Of a stretch of DNA of 64,000 nt, positions 39,237 to 51,400 are shown piece after piece (position 1 is the first letter of the stretch; each line of letters opens with the position of its first letter). Location: the NCBI GenBank assembly GCA_004431415.1, contig QPMI01000005.1:124001-188000 (forward strand), given 5' to 3'. A program made the translations under genes and the position numbers. The notes under the pieces were generated by a model that was not told the origin of the DNA, searched no databases, and saw nothing but the letters and a program-made list of their open reading frames with translations. Source of the DNA: Cyanophora paradoxa CCMP329 (lineage: Eukaryota; Plantae; Glaucophyta).

Positions 39237-39916
39237 CTATAGGCGGCCGCTATGTTTGTTCGGAGCTCGTATCTCTTATCTAGAAGGTTCATGTTAGCTC
39301 AGGTGTTCGCTTATGTTAGCTCTAGGTGTACCGCTCACAAGACAGACTTTCCGAGGCGGACTGCATTTGCAAAGGCGGGGGGGAGGGGGGGCGCAGGAGG
39401 AAGAAGGTGGGGGGGGGGGGGGGGGGGGGCTGCGTTCGCGAGGGCGGGCGCCCGGGCTGCAGATGTGGGGAAAGGGAGGGGAAGGGGAAGGGGGGAAGGG
39501 GTGGAGTGGGGGCGGGCGGGGGGGGCCGCGGGCGGGAAATCGCGGCTCGCGCCGGGGCCCTCCGTGAACGAGCTGCGCATGGGCAAGCGAGGATGCGCCG
39601 ATCAGTGAACGAGGCTCGGCCGAGGCTGCAGCCGCGCATGCGCACCGTGGCATCTTCAGCCGGTCGCAGCTGTGCGATCCGCTCCCCGACTCGCTCCGAG
39701 GCTCAGCTCTTCGGTTAGTCCTCTAGCCCTTTGCGTGCGGGGCCCTGCGCGGCCGGTGTGCGTGCGTGAGCGACTCGGCGGGCTGCGATCGCGAGCGTCG
39801 CCCCGCGCGGGCTCGACCGAGTGCCCACCTCGACGACCCTCTTCTTTTGTGTGGGCCCCTCCTTCGCGCCGTCGGCCTCCTTTTCCTCCTCCTCCTCCTC
39901 CTCCTCCTGCGCTGCG

Positions 39917-41718
39917 TCAGCACTTTTTAGGAGCGCCGCGCGGCGTGGTGCGGCGCCAGGCGGCCGCACCCGTTCCCGCTTGGCTGCGCCGCCCGAGTTC
40001 GAGGCGCCCTCGTCCTGTGCCGGGCGCCCCTCCTCGCGGAGCTGAGGGGCGGCTTGGCTCTGAGCTTCTCGGGGGGAAGGGGGGTACGGCGTCGGTGCGA
40101 ACCGCTGCGGCGCACTCCTCCAGCAGCGCTTCGATGCTGGCCGCCTTGCGCTTGTTCGCCACGGGGTACAAGATAACCCTGCGCGCGAGCGCCGGCCTCA
40201 TGTCCTCGGGTACCTCATCCGCTGGAGTGGAGGAACGGTCAGCTGCATGTCGAGGGGTACAGGGACGTGCACGTACCGGCGGGGAAGGGGCAGGAGACCT
40301 CGTCGTGGAGGAGCACGACGCTCTTGCCCGCCCCGATCGCGTGCCGGACCTCGCCCAGCACGCTCGAGCTCTTCAGGACGTCTGCGCGACGCAAACAAGC
40401 AAGTCAGACCGAAGCATTATACAGGGCAGCGAGGGGGCTGGCATGGGCGGCCGGACCCTTCGAGATGATGAGCACGACGCTCGCGGAGGCGTCGATCATC
40501 TCCTTGATCCTGCGGGGCGGGAGACGAGACTTGGGGTCAGCGCGGATCCTTCCCGGAGCCTGGGCGGGGGACCAGAGGGCGCACCGGTGCAGCTCGGGGC
40601 GGGGCTCGTCGGCCTCGAGGAAGACGCGGAGGCCGGGGCGGGCCTGTTCCAGGTGCACCTTGAGGGCGCGGGCGAGGGGGCCCGCCGTGTCGCGCTCGTG
40701 CGAGAGGAATACATCGTACTGGGACGACGCCGCCGGGATCGCTGCGGAGGGGCGTGAGCGCTCGCGTGCGGAGGCTGGAGCGGAGGCGGTGCAAGGACCA
40801 GAGGCAGGCGCGGCAGGGCTTGCAGCGGGCGGTGAGGCGGGGCCGGGCTGCGGTAGCGGCGAGTGAGGGGCGCGATGCAGCGCGGCGTGGCGGTGTGGCG
40901 GGGCGTACCTCGGCAGCGGCGTTGGGGAGGGAGCGGAGGTAGGGCACGATGGCGGCGCACTGGGCTTGACCGCCAAACATGCTGGTGTTGTTGTTGACGG
41001 CGCGGCGGACGGGCTCGGGCCACGAGTCCACGACGGGGTTGTTGTGCACGGACAGCGTCGCCAGGGCATCGAGGTGGCCGATCTCCGGCGGCAGCGCCGT
41101 CAGCTTGTTGCCGCTCACGTCCAACCACTGCAGGGCGGCGAGGCGGCCGATCTCCGGCGGCAGCGCCGTCAGCTGGTTGTTGCTGACGTCCAGCGTCTGC
41201 AGGTTGGCGAGGCGGCCGATCTCCGGCGGCAGCGACTTCAGCTGGTTGCTGTTCACGTCCAGCCACTGCAGTGCGCCGAGACGACCGATCTCCGGCGGCA
41301 GCGCCGTCAGCCGGTTGTTTTTTGCGTTCAGCCAAAGCAGGGCTGCAAGGCGGCCGATCTCCGGGGGCAGCGCCGTCAGCTGATTGTTGCTCACGTACAG
41401 CCCCTGCAGGGCAGCGAGGCGGCCGATCTCCGGCGGCAGCGCCGTCAGCTTGTTATTGCTCAAGTCAAGCGACTGCAAAGCGGCGAGGCCGAAGAGCTCC
41501 GGTGGAAGCGCCGTCAGCTGGTTGCCATCCAAAAACAGCACCTCCAGGTTCGTCAGCTTGGCGAGCTCGGTCCCCGGGATGCTCGTGAGATCGTTTTGCC
41601 GGAGCTCGAGCCAGCGGATGTTCTCGGGCCCCGCCGCCGCGATCTCCGCCGCCGGCCACTCCGTCCGCCCCTCCCCCCCCAGCTCCAGCACACCCCTCTC
41701 TATCCACCCCCTGCCCAT
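39917..41718 (-). CDS. LRR-TIR copy 5: one LRR module (9 repeats) plus TIR subtype B
   Basis: Exon 41718-40909 (810 nt), linker exon 40847-40799, then YDVFLSH..LKVHLE..VLGEVRHA..VPEDMRPAL..ASIEALL. C-terminal end uncertain. Confidence 0.87.
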
Positions 41719-42354
41719 GCCTGCGGGGCAGTCAGCGGCAGAAGCGCGCCGCGGCGGCGGGGAGCGCGCCCCCGCCCCGCCCGGCGGGTCCCCAGCAAGC
41801 GACGCCAGAGCGTGGGCCATGGGGGCCCGGCCGGCGCCCCGTCAACTCGTCTCGCATCTTCCAGGCTATCCAGGCTATGCACCCGCCCGGAGGAGCGCAC
41901 CTTCAACGGATCGCCTTGACGCAGCAGAGCCGAGCTTTCGGAAGCGACGGAGCTCGCCCGCTCAGAGATTCCTCTCCGGTCACGCGCTGCCTGCTGGCCG
42001 CTCTGCGCTCGCGCCGGTACAAGCAAGCAGCCTGGCAGTGAGCGAGCGACATGCGAGCGATGCCAGAAACCCGTCGGCTTCGCACCTCCCGCCAGCGCCC
42101 GCCAGCGCACTGTAACGGAGCTGGTCGCACGCTCTCCGCTGGCCGCTCGCGCGCAGAGCTGACCGAGCACACCTTAACCACCTGACGCGGCCGTGATCCT
42201 GCTGGACCATTGCTGCGAACGAAGCTCTCCGGGGTACGGTCGCACCGCCGCGGCTCGCCCACAGGCCGCGCCCAGCAGCGCTTAACCTAGCACCAGCGCT
42301 TAACAAAAGAGCCCGGCGATTTCAGCCAGGAGACGAACAGGGCGAGCGCTGCCG

Positions 42355-43900
42355 ATGGCGTCCCACGACGAGGCGCTGGCCCACAGCAAGGTGCGGCGAC
42401 GCGCGTGGCGCTCCCGGTTGACGGGCCGATGGGCCGACGCGCGGCGCTCGCAGCGCGCCGAGGAGCAGGAGATGTTCGACGTGCTGAACGAGGACGGCTC
42501 GCCGATGGTCGACCCGGCGACGGCGCAGCAGGTGCGGGCGGTCTGCTCAAGCGCGATGCGCCGTGCGCCGCGCGACGGCCCGCAGGTGAGGAAGAAGCGG
42601 AAGGAGTGCCACCGCGACGGCAGCTGGCACACGTGCGCGCGCTGACTGCGCCAGAGACCACCGAGCGCTTCTCTGACGGCGCTTCTCGTCCGCGCAGCTC
42701 CGTGCACACGTGGGTCATCAACAAGGTGCCGCCGGCCCATCCCAGGCCATGGCCATCGCCGCCTCGCGCGGCGCGCGGCCGAGCGCCGCGGCGCAGGACG
42801 GCGAGCTGCTGCTGCAGCGGAGGCACCCGACTAAGCAGTCCTACCCAGGTCCCCGCCGGCGCCCGCCGCCATGCAGCGGAGGCGCCGTCCCTCCAAGGCT
42901 CGCCTGACTTGCGCATCTCGTCCCTCTCTGCGCCAGACATGTGGGACATCAGCTCGTGCGCCCGCGGCGCGCCCAACGCCCGCGCCCCGCCTCACGCGCC
43001 CCGCAGCGCCGGGCACGTCTCCGCCGGCGAGGACAGCCTCGGCACGGGTACAGCCACCGGCAGCGCCCGCCTGCCGCGGCGCTGCGCGCCTCTGAGGCGG
43101 CGGCAGCGGTGCGGGAGCTGGAGGAGGAGATGGGTATAGCGCGGCCGGCGTCGGCCTTCCTGCACCTCTTCCGCTTCCCCAATCCCCGGGTACACCACGG
43201 CGGTCCGCGCTCGTACCCCCGGCCCGCCTCTGCACGCGTTCCGCTTATCTCTGTACCCCACCTCGCAGGCTCGCCTTTCCCGCCTGTGCAACTTCTTTTT
43301 CCCTCTGAGCAGCGTACCCCGCAGACGTGCACCTGGTCGAGACCGACGTGCCCTCGCTCCGACTCCCCTCTCCGACTCCGACGTGCCTCGTGACGTCATT
43401 CCATTCCCCCCTTCCCTTCGCCAGACAACGAGTGGAGCGGCGCGCACCCCCCCCCCCCCTCCCCCTACCCCCGCCGCCTGTACCTCCCTTTCCCGCGCCT
43501 AAGCGACGTACCCCGCAGACGTATACCTTGTCGAGACCGAGGCGCCCATCCCCTTGCTCCGACTCCAGGCCACCGAGGTCACGGACGCCAGGCGCGCCTG
43601 TACCCCCTTTATTATGATTTGACAGAGAAGGGAAGTGACCGCGTACCCCCCGCAGGTACGGTAAGTGGTGCGCGGCGGAGAAGCGCTGGCTGGAGAACGA
43701 CCCCACCATGGTACCCCAAGATTCCGCCAACCCGAAGGGGTACAAGATCTTCTTCGACGAGCTGCGGCGGCGGTACCCCCAGGGCGCCTTTGTCCTTACG
43801 GGTCCGCAACCCCCCCCCCCCCCCCCCCGCCCGCCCCCCCGGGTCCTCAGGTGAGCGCCGGCCCGGTGGACCCAGAGAGGCCCTCAGGTGAGCGCCGCGA
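42355..43900 (+). CDS. Nudix hydrolase (IDI/NUDX3-like subfamily), micro-exon rich
   Basis: Spliced CHRDGSWH.SVHTW, GELLLQRR, DMWDISSAGHVSAGEDSLGTAVRELEEEMGI, which matches the Nudix box Gx5Ex7REUxEExGU. 3' end uncertain. Confidence 0.85.
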
Positions 43901-44759
43901 GTCCGGTCTGCTGCGCCGGCCCCGCCCCATCGGCTTCCGAGCCCGGCCCTGCGCGCCGCTCCGCTTCCCGCGTATCCCCAGCCCTCACCGCCGCCGCCGC
44001 CCTCCCCTTGGCCCCGCGGGCCCTGGGGCCATATGCATCGCCGCGTCGTACCCGACCCCCCTCCCCCCCCCCCCCCCTCCCATCTCCCTCCGGCAGGGCG
44101 AGGCGGCCCCCGGCGGGCCGCAGCTGGTGCGCAGCCGCGCCTGCGCTGCGCGCCGCGCGCGTCTAAATCTCGCCCCGGCGGCCCCGGGCCCGAACCGCCC
44201 CGGCCGCCGGGCCGGGCCTACGACCGGCGCCGTCGCACTAGTACTAAATTTACGCCATGAATTTAAGTTAGATTCTATAAACGTTAACGATTTATCGTCT
44301 CTTCTCGCTATCGATCTGTCTCGAGCTCTGTGTCTTTCCTTTTTTATTGTCGATTTTGGCTCTTTGTCTTATCTTTCTTCGTGCTCTTGTCTTAGTTGTT
44401 TTGCTTTTTTGTCTTTATGCCCCCTGGGCAGCCCCCGCAGTGCTGGTGTCTAGAGACTGTGGCCGGTAATTCACCAAAAACAAATAACGTTATCTATAAT
44501 TCCGAGCCACCGATCGCGACGGACCGGTGACGATCGCGATTCAATGATTACGATTCGGTGACTGGTTTATGCACAAGTTCGCCGGTTGCCTCCTAGCTGG
44601 CCGCGGCCCCAGCTGCAGGGGAAACTTGAAAGAGCCCAACTTGGCAAGTTCCCGCCTAATTATACTACGGGGTCCGGACTCGGGACCGTCCGGGCCCCGG
44701 GCCCCGGCGGGAGGACTCCCGGAGTCCGGGATCCGCCGGCCGGCGCGCGTCACTCCGCG

Positions 44760-45042
44760 GATCCGCAAAGATCTAGATCTAATTATAAGAAGATCTAGCC
44801 GCTGAGCGCTGAACCGACATTAATCGCGATCGCCACCTCATGATCAGATCATGATGAAATCTCATTTTCAGGATTCACTCGGATCCGATCCGATGATCGA
44901 TACCTAGATCTATAGCTATAAGCTAGCTATATAGATTCGATGATCTAGATCCGCAGAGATCTAGAGCTGAACCGACATCAATTGCCGCCTCAGATCATGA
45001 TGAAGTCTCATTTTCGAATTCCGGATCCGGATTCACTCGGAG
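44760..45042. repeat. Diverged tandem duplication in a palindrome-rich intergenic region
   Basis: ctgaaccgacat..cagatcatgatgaa.tctcattttc..ggattcactcgga at ~44809-44883 and ~44967-45041. Confidence 0.75.
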
Positions 45043-45488
45043 CTCGCCGAGTCGCAAGCTGCGCATGCGCAGTGCGCACTGCGCGTGCGCAGGCTGCGCA
45101 GCCTTTTCAAAGTTTCGCCCGGCGCGACGTTTCGGTTCAGAGATAACGTACCCCCCGCGGCCTCCAGCTTGCTATGGCGCAAGTGCAGCTGCAGCGCGAC
45201 GGTACAGTTTTCCGGTATGCTGCGGTACCTGCCTCAGAGTCGAAGCACCGCCGGCTGCAGCGCGAGCTGGTACATGCGCTCTTAGCTGGGCCGGCGCCGC
45301 GAACTCGCGCCCAACGAGCTAGCTGCAGCGGAAGCCGCACACGCGCACGTGCTTGGTCTGTGCCTTCGATCGCCCATCCCGTCGAGCCTGCAGCAACGCA
45401 GCGCAGTGCACGTGCTTGCGTTCCAAGCAGCCGCATCGCTGGAGCGCGAGCGCAGCCCCGCCACCGAGTGAAAGCCCGACCTTGAGCG

Positions 45489-48400
45489 ATGGGCACGCCA
45501 CGGAACCTGGCGTGCAGCGAGATCGTCCACATCGCGCCCAAGCCTGCAGCCGAGTCCAATTCCAAATCGCACCCGAGGTCCGCGCGCGCCCCGAGCGGCA
45601 CGCCCGACGCGTTCGCTTCGCCGACGCTCCATTACACGCAGACGTTCGCCGAAGGGAAGGAGATCAGCGCCGTCGCTGAGCCTCTCGCCGCCGAGGCCGC
45701 CGCAGGCGCCAACGTCCTTCTGCCTCTCCTGCTGCGCGCCCTCGTTCCTCGGGCAGGCGGCCGCGGCCAGCACGCCATCGACGTCGCCAGGCCGGTCGTC
45801 GTCGTCCAAAATGGACTTCGGAAGCGGCGCGATGGGCGCGGGGAGCTCGAGCCGCAGGGGCGATGAGAGCGCCTCGAGCCCGGGATCCGGGCCCGCGAGC
45901 TCCTCGCGGGCCCGGGCCTTGAGCTTCTCGGCCTCGGCCTCGTCCGAATCCCGCGGCGGGGCCGACGCGTCGGAGCGCGACCGCGACCTGGCGTGGGTCC
46001 TGCGGACCACGGGCCACCTCATCGCCCGCGCCCTCGACTCGCCCCGCGTGATCATCCGGCGCCTCTCCTCCGCAGCCAGCCCCAGGTTCACTTCGCTTCG
46101 CTGGCGCCTAGCCTTCTCTGACCCGAGTTCCTCAGCCATCAGTCTCGGACGGCCCGGGCCGGTTTAAATTTCTCGAACCCGGCAGCGGAATCCGACGTCT
46201 TCGAGGTCAGTCAGCCGGCCGGCCCGACCCGCCCCGCCCCGCCCGAATCGCTTCTCACTCAAAAACTCGTCCCTTCCTTCGTTCGTTTTCCTTCCCTTAG
46301 TACGTGGCGGAGGGGAAGGGCCTCGTACCCATCGCCGAGGCGCCCCTCCCCGCGCTCCTCCAGCGGCGCCTACGGTCCCTCCTCGACTGCCGGTTCGAAT
46401 CCCCTCGGCTCGAATTAAATTCAAATTCAAACTTCAAACAGCGAGGCGGGCGCGGTCCGAGCGGCGGGCACGCTGGGCGAGCTCCTAGGACCCGGCGAGG
46501 GCTCCACCGGCGAGGAGTACTCCGAGGTGCCGTACCCCCCGTACTCCCCGCCCCGCCCGTCCCGCCTGGATCGGAACCCGATCGGAGAGATAGCCTGAGG
46601 TGGCTTAGGTAGTCTTAACTCTGCCGCCACACCTAAGTCACCTTAGGCTATCTCTCGGCCCGCCCCGATCCAAACCCGATCTCTCCATTTCCTCAATTTC
46701 CGGACAGGCGCTGCGGTTCTGCGAGGCGCACCGGATCGCTTCGGCCGCCGAGGTCGTCTGCGCCGCCGGCGGGCGGCCGGTGGGCCTCCTCACCGTCTAC
46801 TCGGACGGGTGCGCCGAAAGGGAGGGTACCCTCCCTCGAAACTGATTTCCCGTACTCCCCGCAGGCCGCGGGCGCTGCAGGCGGAGGACCGCGCGCTGCT
46901 GGCGCAGGTCGCCGAGTGCGTACCCCCTCCCCCCTCCCTCCCCCCACCTCCCCCGCCCCTCCTCTCTACCTATCTTCGATCTTACGCTTGCGCTATCTAT
47001 CTTACGCTCCGCTCTGCTCGCCTCTATCTATCTATCTATCTATCTCCTTTCTATCCATCTATCTGTTTCCTACGCTCTGCTCGCCTCTGCTGACCGCTTT
47101 CTATTCTTCTTTAGGTACGTGGGCGCCTCGCTGTCGAACGGGACCCTCGTGCACGACATGCAGCTCCAGGCGCGCCCGCCCCGCCCCGCCCCGCCCCGCC
47201 CCAATCTCGAGGACCGCCCGGCGGCCTCCCCGCCCCCCCGGCCCGCCTTTCGTCTCCCGCCCTCCCGCCCCGCCCCGCCCCGCCCAGCCCTCCGCCCTAG
47301 TCTCTTTGCGCATTCTTCTGGTCATCGAGCCGTGCTGCGCAGCAAGCTCTTCCGTCGACATTACCGTCCATTAACTAAATACCAATCAGCTGCAGCAACT
47401 CCAACAACTAAACAACAACCCCCGTGCCGCGCAGCGGGCGGGCCTGGCGCGGCAGCTGCAGGTCGCCTCCGCCAAGCGCGCCATCGTCCGGTCCGCCCCC
47501 TTCCCCTCCTTCCTTCCTTCCTTCCTTCTAGGGAAATCAGTATAGGTTTAGTAATCATCTCTAATTTCTATTATTCTGTGTGTCGGTTGCTTCCTTGCGC
47601 TCTCTCCCCTCAGTTTCCTCCCGCCCGACTTGACGCGAGCCTCTTCTTCCTCCCGGTTCCGTGCTGCAGGGACATACGGAAGAATTTGGACGCCTCCTCG
47701 GTCATCCGCGCCGCCGCCGAGGCCATCGGCAGGGCCGTGCGCCTCTGATCTGATCTCCCCGCCTCCCCACTAGTGCATTTAGGAGCCGGTCCGGCCCTCT
47801 AGCCATAGATCCGAGCCCTTCTCTAGCCTTCTCTCTAGCGGAGCCGAGCGCCCGCCTCGAGCTCTGATTCGATCTCGAGCTGGAGCTCGAGGTCTGGCCC
47901 CGGGCCCAAATCATTTCTGAGGACGGGGCGGCCCGCGGTCGCGCAGGTCGGGGCCGACCGCTGCCTCGTCCAGCAGGTCAGATCCGATCCGATCTGATCT
48001 CATCTGACCTGACCTGACCTGAGCTGACTGACCTTCCGCAGATCTGCCCGCAGCAGGCCCGGGCGGGGAACCCACTTCTCGGGGCGGAGCAGCGGCCGTG
48101 CCCGCCGACTCCGAACCCGTGCTGCCCGCTGGGTGAGGCGGCCGCGGAGTGGGCGGCGGCGGCCTCCTCCTCTGCTTCCTCTGCCGGCGAGGGCGGCTCG
48201 GGATCGCGGGCGGGGGCGGGGGCGGCTGCGCCGCCCGAGTTCCACCAGCGCCGCGTCGCCAGGCTCCTCGAGGTTCGCCTGCCGCTCCACGCCCGCCCAA
48301 GCTCTATAGTCGGCTAGCTTCCTCACCTGGCTCCTCCTGCGCCCCTTCTAAGGAACCGCCCCTGCCCCGCGGCGTCGCTCACGCCCCCGCGCCCCCGGCG

Positions 48401-51400
48401 TGCGCAGAGCGGCGGGGAGCTGCTGGAGGTGCCGGAGGCGGGCGAGGCTCTCCCCGGGGAGGACCCCGCCGACCCCGCCCTCCCCGCCGGTCCGCCCCGC
48501 CGAGGCCCTCGAATTCCTAAGCTAGGCTAGGGCTAGCCTCCTTGTGCTATCGTTGCAGTTTCCCCTCTGCCCTTCTGATCGACCCCTCGTCCTCAGCGCG
48601 GGCGTACTACGCGTCGCTGGGGGCGCGGAGCCTCCTCCTGGTGCCCACGCGGGGCTCGGACGGCCCCAACGGCCTCATCACCGTCGCCAGGCCCGCCCCG
48701 CCCCAGCCCTCCCGCCCCGCGCCTCCCCTTTGCCCCCTTGCTCGCTCTTACTCTCCCCCTCGTTTGCGCAGCGGGCAGGGCGGCCGGGAGTGGACGGCGG
48801 AGGACCAGGATCTCGTCCTCTCCGTCGCCCAGGTGGGGCCTTATATTTAGAGAACCTTATAATAAGAACCTTCAAGCTTAAAACCTTAGAACCTTAGAAC
48901 CTTAGAACCGTAGAACCTTAGAGCCTTAGAGCCTTAGAACCTTAGAACCTTAGAACCTTAGAGACCAGGACCTCGTCCTCTCCGTCGCCCAGGTGGGGCC
49001 TTAGAGAACCTTATAATAAGAACCTTAGAACCTTAGAACATAATTAGAACCGTCGCCCAGGTGGGAAACCCGCAGAAGAATCTTAGCCTTAGAGAACCAC
49101 CTTCAAAAAACTCGTCCCTCCCTCGATCTCTCCCCTCGCCCTCGCTTCTCCCGCGGAGCCTGCAGCTGATCACGAGCCTCCGCTCCCCTCCCCGCAGCAT
49201 GTGGGGATCGCGCTGACGCACGCGCGCTTCCTCGAGCGCCTCGACGCCCAGCACCGCCAGGTCCGCCCCCGCTCTTTAGAACCTTAGAACCTTAAAAGAG
49301 CAGGAGCCTCGCCCTTAGGAACTAGATCCTTAGCGATTCGCCCAGCGCCGCCAGGCACGGCCCCGGCCCACCCCAGAGCCGGAGCCTCGGAGCCTAGCCC
49401 TTAGGAACTAGATCCTTAGCACCGCCAGGCCCGCCCTCGGCCCCCCGCCCCGCCCTGCAAACGCTCACTTCTCCCTCGCCAACTCGATTGCCCCGCTGAT
49501 GCCCCTTTGGCAGCTGCGGGCGCAGAACGAGGCGCTGGTCGTGCAGCTCGAGTCCTCCCGCCTCTCCCGCTCCATCGTCCACGAGGTAAGAAGCCCAACG
49601 GAAGGACCAGAAGAAGAACGCTAAGAGATAGAAAAGGCTTCTAGAGGCTTCGCGGGCTCGGGCCTGATCATGACCGCACCCCTCGCCGCGCCCCTCGCCG
49701 CCCCTCCCCTCCGCCTCCCCTCCCCTGAAGGAGCCTTAAAGACGATAGAAACGGCCTCGCGCGCGCCCTTCAAGCCCCTCACCGCGCCCGCCCCCTCACC
49801 CCTCCTCAGATCCGGAGCAACCTGGAGACGCCGGGGATCCTGGAGACCTCTGCGCGCCTCCTCCGCGAGGCCCTCCGCGCCGACCGCTGCCTGTGCGTCC
49901 GTTGCTTGACTCTCATCAACCAAGCCCGACCCTGTAGTCTAGAGCGTCGACCAGATTGAACTGAAGCTTGCTTTATGCACGCGCAGGCTGCTGCAGCGGC
50001 GGGGCGGACCCGGGGCGCCCTACGAGACCCTCACGGAGTCGGTGGGCGAGGGGGAGGCCGGGGGCGTTGGGCGGCTCGAGGGGCACGCCCTCCCCGCCGG
50101 CCTCCGCGCCCGCCTGGACCGCGTTCTCTCCTCCGCCTCCGCCTCCGCCTCCTCCGCCGCCTCGACCGCCGTCGGCGGCAGGGACGATCGCGACGCGCAC
50201 GTCTGCTGGCCCGAGCCCGCGGGCGCCGACGGCTCGGGTCCATCGGAAGAGGAAGAGGAAGAAGCGGCGGCCTTTGAGCGGGCCGTGGGCGTCGCCTCGT
50301 CCGTCGCGGTCCCGGCGGGGGCCCCGCCCTCGCCCAGGCCCTCGCCCTCGTCCCCGGAGACGCCCCGCGTGAGCGGCGAGGCGGCCGGCGCCGGCCCCGC
50401 CTGCGTGCTCCTCTGCTGGCGCCGCCGCTTCGTCCCCTCCGAGGCGCAGCTCGCCCTCCTGCGCTCCGTCGCCGACCAGGCGCGTTTGCACCTTCACTCT
50501 TGTTAAGATCCTAGTCGTTTTTAAACCTTCGCTCTCATAACCCTTTAGCTGTAGCTGCTCTTATCATTGCTACTCTGCTGCAATTTTCATGCCTCTAGCT
50601 GCTCCACATTGTCCCCATTCAACTTGCCTTTCCCACTACATTCATTCTTTCATCTAGAGCTCTATTAAGACCCTGGTCGCTCCTAACGTTCTCCTCCTCT
50701 CGACAGGTCGGGGTGGCGCTGGTGCACGCGCGGCTCTTCGAGCGGCTGCGGGACTCGCAGGCGACGCTCCAGCGCGAGCTCCTCGTCTCCAACCTCGGCC
50801 GCTCCATCGTCCGGTGCGGAGCTATTAGCTATTAGCTATTAAAGCTATTAGCCTTTGCTATTAGCCTATAAGCTACTATAAACTACTACTATAAGCTACT
50901 ATATAGGGCGCTCCATCGTCCGGTGCGGAGGCCGGAGCCGGCAGCGCAGCCCATCCCGCCGCTGCGCCTTCCCGCTCCATTAGTCTCGCCGCTCCAACTA
51001 AAGCTATTAGCCTTTGCTATTAGCCTATAAGCTACTATAAACGTTCGGGGACACGCCGGGAGCATCCTCATCCTCGGCCCCGGCCTCGGCCCACGCCTTT
51101 CCTGAGGTTGCTGCGCATGGCTGCGCATGTGGCGGCGCCGGCGGCGCCGCAACCCCCCAAATCAGCCTCTTCGATCTCATAAGCCTGTCTTTGCTTTGGT
51201 TTCACGGCTCTAGCTATAGTCTATAGCCAATCCTGCTCACGCCTCGGCCTCATCGATCTCACACGCCTGCATGCGCAGGGACGTGCGCTCGTGCCTGGAC
51301 GCCGTCTCCGTCATGCGCATCGCCGCCGAGTCTGTCGGAAAGGCCGTGCGCCCCTCTCTGAATTTCTTGGACTTCCCCGGCTTGTCCGTTTAGGAGCCGG

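Noticed and set aside
48880-49040. CRISPR-like or telomeric array
   Set aside because: Simple 8-bp tandem repeat without spacers and not a canonical telomere unit; eukaryotic intron.
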